Assembly (NCBI GenBank): GCA_030167865.1 | Contig: JALAGF010001952.1 | Coordinates: forward strand, 1 to 38,803 | DNA from: Craspedostauros australis | Taxonomy: Eukaryota | Reading direction: 5' to 3' | Length of the DNA stretch: 38,803 bases | Shown here: piece after piece, positions 34,275 through 38,803 of the stretch | Numbering within the stretch: position 1 is the first letter of the stretch | Layout of the letters: every line of letters begins with the position of its first letter | The notes under the pieces: generated by a model | What the model was told of the DNA's origin: nothing | The model's database searches: none | What the model saw: the letters and a program-made list of their open reading frames with translations, nothing else | Made by a program: the position numbers and the translations under genes

Positions 34275-36064
34275 CTTTCAATCGGTTCTGCCCTCTGCCA
34301 AGCTTGGATTGTTGATTCTGATACTGATTGTGCAACTTGCGTTCCTTGTGTGTGTCTGTGTGTATGGACGCACTCAGCGTTGGCATGCAATACTCTCCAA
34401 GTGGTGCGACCTGTGGGGCTTGTTCTCGTTCTCGTGCTCGCCCTCGCAGGTCTCCTTGCTCTTGCTCTTGTGGTCGATGACCGAAGGTCACAACGAGAAT
34501 CGGAGCAGCGAAGGAACGCCGATCCCTTTTTGGTTGACTTCCGCAGCCACAAACCCTGACTTGAGACTCTCGCAGCTCGCGTCAGTGAGTACAAGCAGCT
34601 CGTGCTCTGTGGAGTATACTACTCGTACGACTAGTCGTACTCGTACGATCTACTATATGGTGCTCTCTGGTAATCTGGTGCGAATTAGCTCCTCTGGCGC
34701 CAACCAAGATCACGCACGAAGGCATACAAGCGCGAGCTGGGGTGTTCACGATTGGTGGGGATGGACGTTGCTTCTTCCTCCTCTTTGCTCTGTTCTGCTT
34801 GCCCTTCCTTGTGTTCCAGGCAGGTTCCTTCCCTTACGCTCCTCTGTGGATGCTTTTCTTCCTTTCTTTCCTTTCTTTCCTCTCTTTCCTTGCTTGTTGA
34901 CGCTGATACTTGTTGTGTGCTGTTCGTGATTGTGCCCAACATGCTTGTGGCCAACGACAACCCACACGAAAGCCAATTTGGGCGTCACCACTCTCTCGTC
35001 TCTTTGGAAGCTCCGCGAAGTCCACATTCTCCCAACTCGTTGGTGTGGAGGAACCGGTCTGGTGTTTTGACACAAGCGCCTTCACAACCTCTTTTGTTCC
35101 TTTCGCGTCTCTGACGATCCGTGAACAGCGATGTCTGGTTGAATCTGGATGTCGCAGGGGATGTACTAGGCCTTCGCTAGGCCATTCGGGCATTCTGTTT
35201 CACCGTGCAGAGGTGATTAGGTCCATTTTCATCCAATACATCGATGTTAGTATCAACAATTTCACGGTTTACAAACTGGTACATTTGATACTCCTTTACT
35301 TTGGTACTATGACTATCCGGTTTATCTTTCTGCACAATTGTCACAAATTCGAATGTCGCATGGCATAATTGGAAACACTCGAACCGTTTCTCCCATGTTC
35401 TCACAAAATCGGGTCTCCACAACCCCAACCCCAACAACAACACCACCACCAACACCAACCCCAACAACAACAAAGGGAACATGCGTCTTGTGGCACAACG
35501 AGGCCATCAGTCGCTGCGGAGACGTATGGTCTGCGCTCCGCATTATCACGATGATGGATATACAATCTCTCTCTTGAGTGAAGCTGTCCGATTCGACAAG
35601 TCCAACACAATCCAACACAATGCAACACAATCCAATCGCATGCAATGCAAGGCTGTGGGCCGTGCCTACGCACATTCATCTGTCGACACTGCTGGTGCAA
35701 CCGACGTTTGCCCCACCACGACACCATGAACGAATGCGACTGCTCCACATGCCATACACATACCACTATGGACGAACTCGGATGAGCAGCAAAGCAAGGA
35801 CCAGCTCGAAGAGACGCAGCATCCAATTTGGGCAGGGCAGCACACAGTCGCCCACGTCCCCAACATGATGCTCTGAGCACGGCTTCGGCCATCCATTGCA
35901 ATCCGTGCGTGGCAGATCCTAGCGACCCTCACAGGCAGTCATCTTCACGCTGATCCAACGACACAGACACAAGCAAAAGCAGCGAGACTCGTCTATTGGT
36001 GGAAAGGCGTGTGTTCTATGTGCATAAATGGTTGCCTTGTTCGTGCTGAGACGCCACGAGCGCG

Positions 36065-37519
36065 TTACATGGTGGGTCCATCCCGCACGAAGTCAATGAC
36101 AAAGTCTGCGGCGACGCTATCGAGATGCGAGAGGACCTCACGCGTTCCATCGACGAGATCGGCCTCGTGGTAGTGGACGTTCCACTCCTTGCAGAAGGAT
36201 CGCACGAGGTCGTGGGTCTTGGTGAGGTTGTGGCGCGGCAGGGATGGGAAGAGGTGGTGGTCCACCTGGTACTGCAGACCGCCGCAGAACCAGTCGACGA
36301 AGGCCTGCGGGACGCCGTGTCCTCCCGTGATGTTGCGCGTGGTGGTGACCTGTAGCTTCCAGAAGTCCGGGCGCGTCTTGGCGTTGTAGGTGGCCATGCC
36401 GTTGTGTCCGAGTCCGAAGACGACGGCGAGGAAGAATCCGCACGCCGCACAGACGAGGAGGAAGTTGAGGGCGGTGTGGAGGACGGAGAAGCGGCCGAAG
36501 CCCGAGCAGAAGGTGAAGGTCCAGGTGTAGTGGAGGATGAGGAATAGCTTCTCGGTGATGGGGTACTGCAGTCCCTTGACCTTCATCTCGAGGGCGGCGT
36601 TCTCGCTGGCGGCTCCGAGGCCGAAGGAGACCTTGGCGGATTCGTTGAGCCAGCTGAGACGGGCGAGGAGGAGGATGGGGAAGTAGAAGAGGGCCTGGTT
36701 CTTGATCATGAACTTGACGAAGGGCGAGTCCTTGCCCTCGTTGAGCTCGCGGTAGGACTGCGCCTGCTGCACGGACCAGGCGAGGAGCGGCATGGTGTCC
36801 ATGTCCGGGTCCCCGTCCTGTGCCTCTGCGGTGGAGTTGTGGAGGTTTGGCACGGCGTGGTGGCCGTTGTGCTTGTTCTTCCACCACTGGATGGAGAATC
36901 CCTGCGCCAGGTTGCCCCAGAAGAGGCCGGCGTAGTCGCCGTAGGTGCGCTTGCGGAAGACCTGGTGGTGCAGGAAGTCGTGGGCCAGCCAGCCGCACTG
37001 CTGGAAGAAGAGGCCCATGAGGAGCACGGAGGCGGTCTGCACGAGGAGGCTGTCGCTGAAGGACATGACGTACATGGCCGCGCCCCAGAGGGCCAGCTGC
37101 GAGGCGCACTTGTAGGCGTAGAAGGCCAGGTTTGACTTGAACATGCCCAGCATGACGAGCTTGGCGCGCAGGTCGCGGTAGGCCTTCTCGAAGTCGCGCT
37201 GGTGGTCGTCCTTGTGCTCCACGCTCTCGATGATGAGCTCGCCGATGAGGAAGCGCTTCATCACGTTGTGCGATCCCGGGGCGTGGAAGGCGGCGAAGAT
37301 GTCGGTCATGTCGTCGCCCGCGTGGGTGAAGATCACGGCGCCGCCCGGGTGCTCGTGCCAGTCGGACACGTCGTACACCTTGTTGTTGTACACCATCCAG
37401 GCATCCTCAGGGGTTCTGTGCTGCTGGATCTCGGCCCATGTGTACTTTGTCAGCTTTGACGTGGTCATTTCGGTCTCCTGTGTGGCTGCGGCCACCTTGG
37501 CTTCTCCTCCCTTTCCCAT
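36065..37519 (-). CDS. Front-end delta-6 fatty acid desaturase with fused cytochrome b5 domain
   Basis: MGKGG start, HPGG haem motif, His boxes HDFLHH, WWKNKHNGHH, QVDHHLFP. The end FIRDGPAM-like (FVRDGPTM) recalls diatom delta-6 desaturases. Intronless with extreme GC3. Confidence 0.95.
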   Translation of the reverse strand: MGKGGEAKVAAATQETEMTTSKLTKYTWAEIQQHRTPEDAWMVYNNKVYDVSDWHEHPGGAVIFTHAGDDMTDIFAAFHAPGSHNVMKRFLIGELIIESVEHKDDHQRDFEKAYRDLRAKLVMLGMFKSNLAFYAYKCASQLALWGAAMYVMSFSDSLLVQTASVLLMGLFFQQCGWLAHDFLHHQVFRKRTYGDYAGLFWGNLAQGFSIQWWKNKHNGHHAVPNLHNSTAEAQDGDPDMDTMPLLAWSVQQAQSYRELNEGKDSPFVKFMIKNQALFYFPILLLARLSWLNESAKVSFGLGAASENAALEMKVKGLQYPITEKLFLILHYTWTFTFCSGFGRFSVLHTALNFLLVCAACGFFLAVVFGLGHNGMATYNAKTRPDFWKLQVTTTRNITGGHGVPQAFVDWFCGGLQYQVDHHLFPSLPRHNLTKTHDLVRSFCKEWNVHYHEADLVDGTREVLSHLDSVAADFVIDFVRDGPTM

Positions 37520-37526
37520 TTTGTCT

Positions 37527-37582
37527 GTTGTTATTGCTGCTATTGCTATTGCTGCTATTGTTGCTGCTATTGCTATTGCTGT
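37527..37582. repeat. (GCTATT/GCT)n simple repeat in the desaturase 5' UTR
   Basis: gttgttattgctgctattgctattgctgctattgttgctgctattgctattgctgt immediately upstream of the ATG on the - strand. Confidence 0.8.
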
Positions 37583-38720
37583 TGGCGTTTGGTTGTGGAG
37601 GAATGGATGTTGCTGGTGGACAGATTGACAAGTTGTGAGCGGTTGATGGCTTCAGCTGGTTTCAGATCTCGCGTTGGGGCTTTCCAGTGGATAGTGAACA
37701 GTGGATAGTGGACAGTGGACAGTAAACAGTGGTCATCACATCCACCACCGCCAACAACATTGGGGGCGGGTGGCTTCCTTTCTCCAGTTCCAAGTCACAC
37801 AGCACAAACAACACAACACAAACAACACAAACAACAGATCCAGAGACGACAAAACCGAATCATAGTCGTACGTGGGGATAGCCACGTGAATCACCACATA
37901 CGACAATTGGTCGTAGCACGCTCGGCGTCTTTGGCCAACTGGCCAAGGGTGTCGCTCTCGTCATGTCCACCTCATCCTCGTCAGCAAAAAGAAGTCAAAC
38001 GTTCTTCATCCCACACATCTCTCGCCTGCGAGCCTGGTTGCAGTTAGTCATCCACTCGCACACCCAGCCAGATGGCTCATTCACTCACTCATTCACTCAC
38101 CCGACTCGATCTCACCCAATCATCAAACGCCAATTTGGATCATTCCGTCGGACATCGTCACACCATCGACACATCTTTCATTCCTTCTCCCTCGCGCGCT
38201 CCTGCACGAACAAGGCAACGTATGACTACAACTACGACTACCACCGCCAACCAAAACCAACACAACCACACACCAAAAGTGCCAACCGACAACACTCGCG
38301 AATCAAATCTCCTCTCTGTCATCACCACCATGTTTGCGCGGACGTGCCGCAGCGTTTCCGCCTTCTTCGCGTTCAAGTCATGCATACACGTGCCAGAAAC
38401 AGCCAATGCGCGTCACGTCTGGTTGAGGTTTCGCAGATTTGCGCGCCCATCATTGGCTCTTCGTTCTCGAATCCAAAAGCGACGTGTCGGAATCAGGAAC
38501 AAGCGGCGTGGCAACATTCCAAAAGGACGCTCGTGGTGACTGTCTTCATCGCATCTCTTCCGCGTCACCGATTTTTCGCAGAAACTATTTCAGCTCATTT
38601 CATTCCATTGAATCATTCACGTTCCATTGAGTCCACTTGTTCTCATGAGTCGAGTGTCAGTCGTATTCATGAATCGATTGGCGCCAAACCGAGAACGGTC
38701 TTTGTCTTGTTCGGCGAAAC

Positions 38721-38802
<82 letters not shown>

Positions 38803-38803
38803 C
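38721..38803. repeat. (CAA)n microsatellite, at least 27 perfect units, running off the window end
   Basis: Read directly from the sequence. Confidence 0.98.

Noticed and set aside
34219..34929. 236-aa hydrophobic + strand ORF
   Set aside because: Translation of T/G-rich simple sequence antisense to the paralog B upstream region.
35160..35395. AT-rich segment with ggcct-agcga-aggcc hairpin and CTAG on the - strand, resembling a Helitron 3' end
   Set aside because: The stem is only 5 bp and overlaps the CTAG, no 5' end or second copy is visible, and it cannot be supported without a genome search.
36138..37109. 323-aa alternative-frame ORF within the desaturase
   Set aside because: Artefact of extreme GC3; the composition is R/P/L/H-rich.
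38721..38803. (CAA)n as a telomere or poly-Leu/Gln ORF
   Set aside because: It is not a TTAGGG-type repeat. It is an ordinary microsatellite, possibly at a contig break, and the poly-L ORF is its translation.
1..38803. tRNA, rRNA, snRNA, TPP riboswitch or CRISPR array
   Set aside because: None recognised by eye. Short repeats are tandem without unique spacers. A covariance-model scan would be needed to exclude small RNAs.

Overview
Eukaryotic, intron-containing DNA, most likely a pennate diatom. This assignment is inferred from diatom-type DUF6824 proteins, a Phaeodactylum-like delta-6 desaturase, short GT-AG introns, CAA-rich 5' regions and a CoDi-like Copia remnant. The window opens with a degraded Ty1/Copia RNase H fragment. 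Twelve protein genes follow: a PTAR1-like prenyltransferase alpha-repeat protein (2 exons), a small protein of a diatom-expanded family, an AlkB-family dioxygenase, an M50/site-2 protease with a mitochondrial-type presequence, two uncharacterised membrane proteins, a Q-rich protein with an N-terminal DUF6824 domain, a large secreted protein (2 exons; RRL sites; 4-Cys ShKT-like tail), a membrane-anchored patatin, a tail-to-tail pair of CRAL-TRIO/Sec14-like + DUF6824 paralogs (2 and 3 exons, reconstructed by hand), and a delta-6 fatty acid desaturase. It ends inside a (CAA)n run. The most interesting hypothesis is that the block patatin / two lipid-pocket-DUF6824 proteins / delta-6 desaturase is a lipid-sensing regulatory locus. 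That is inference and was not tested. All family calls come from motif recognition; no searches were run.
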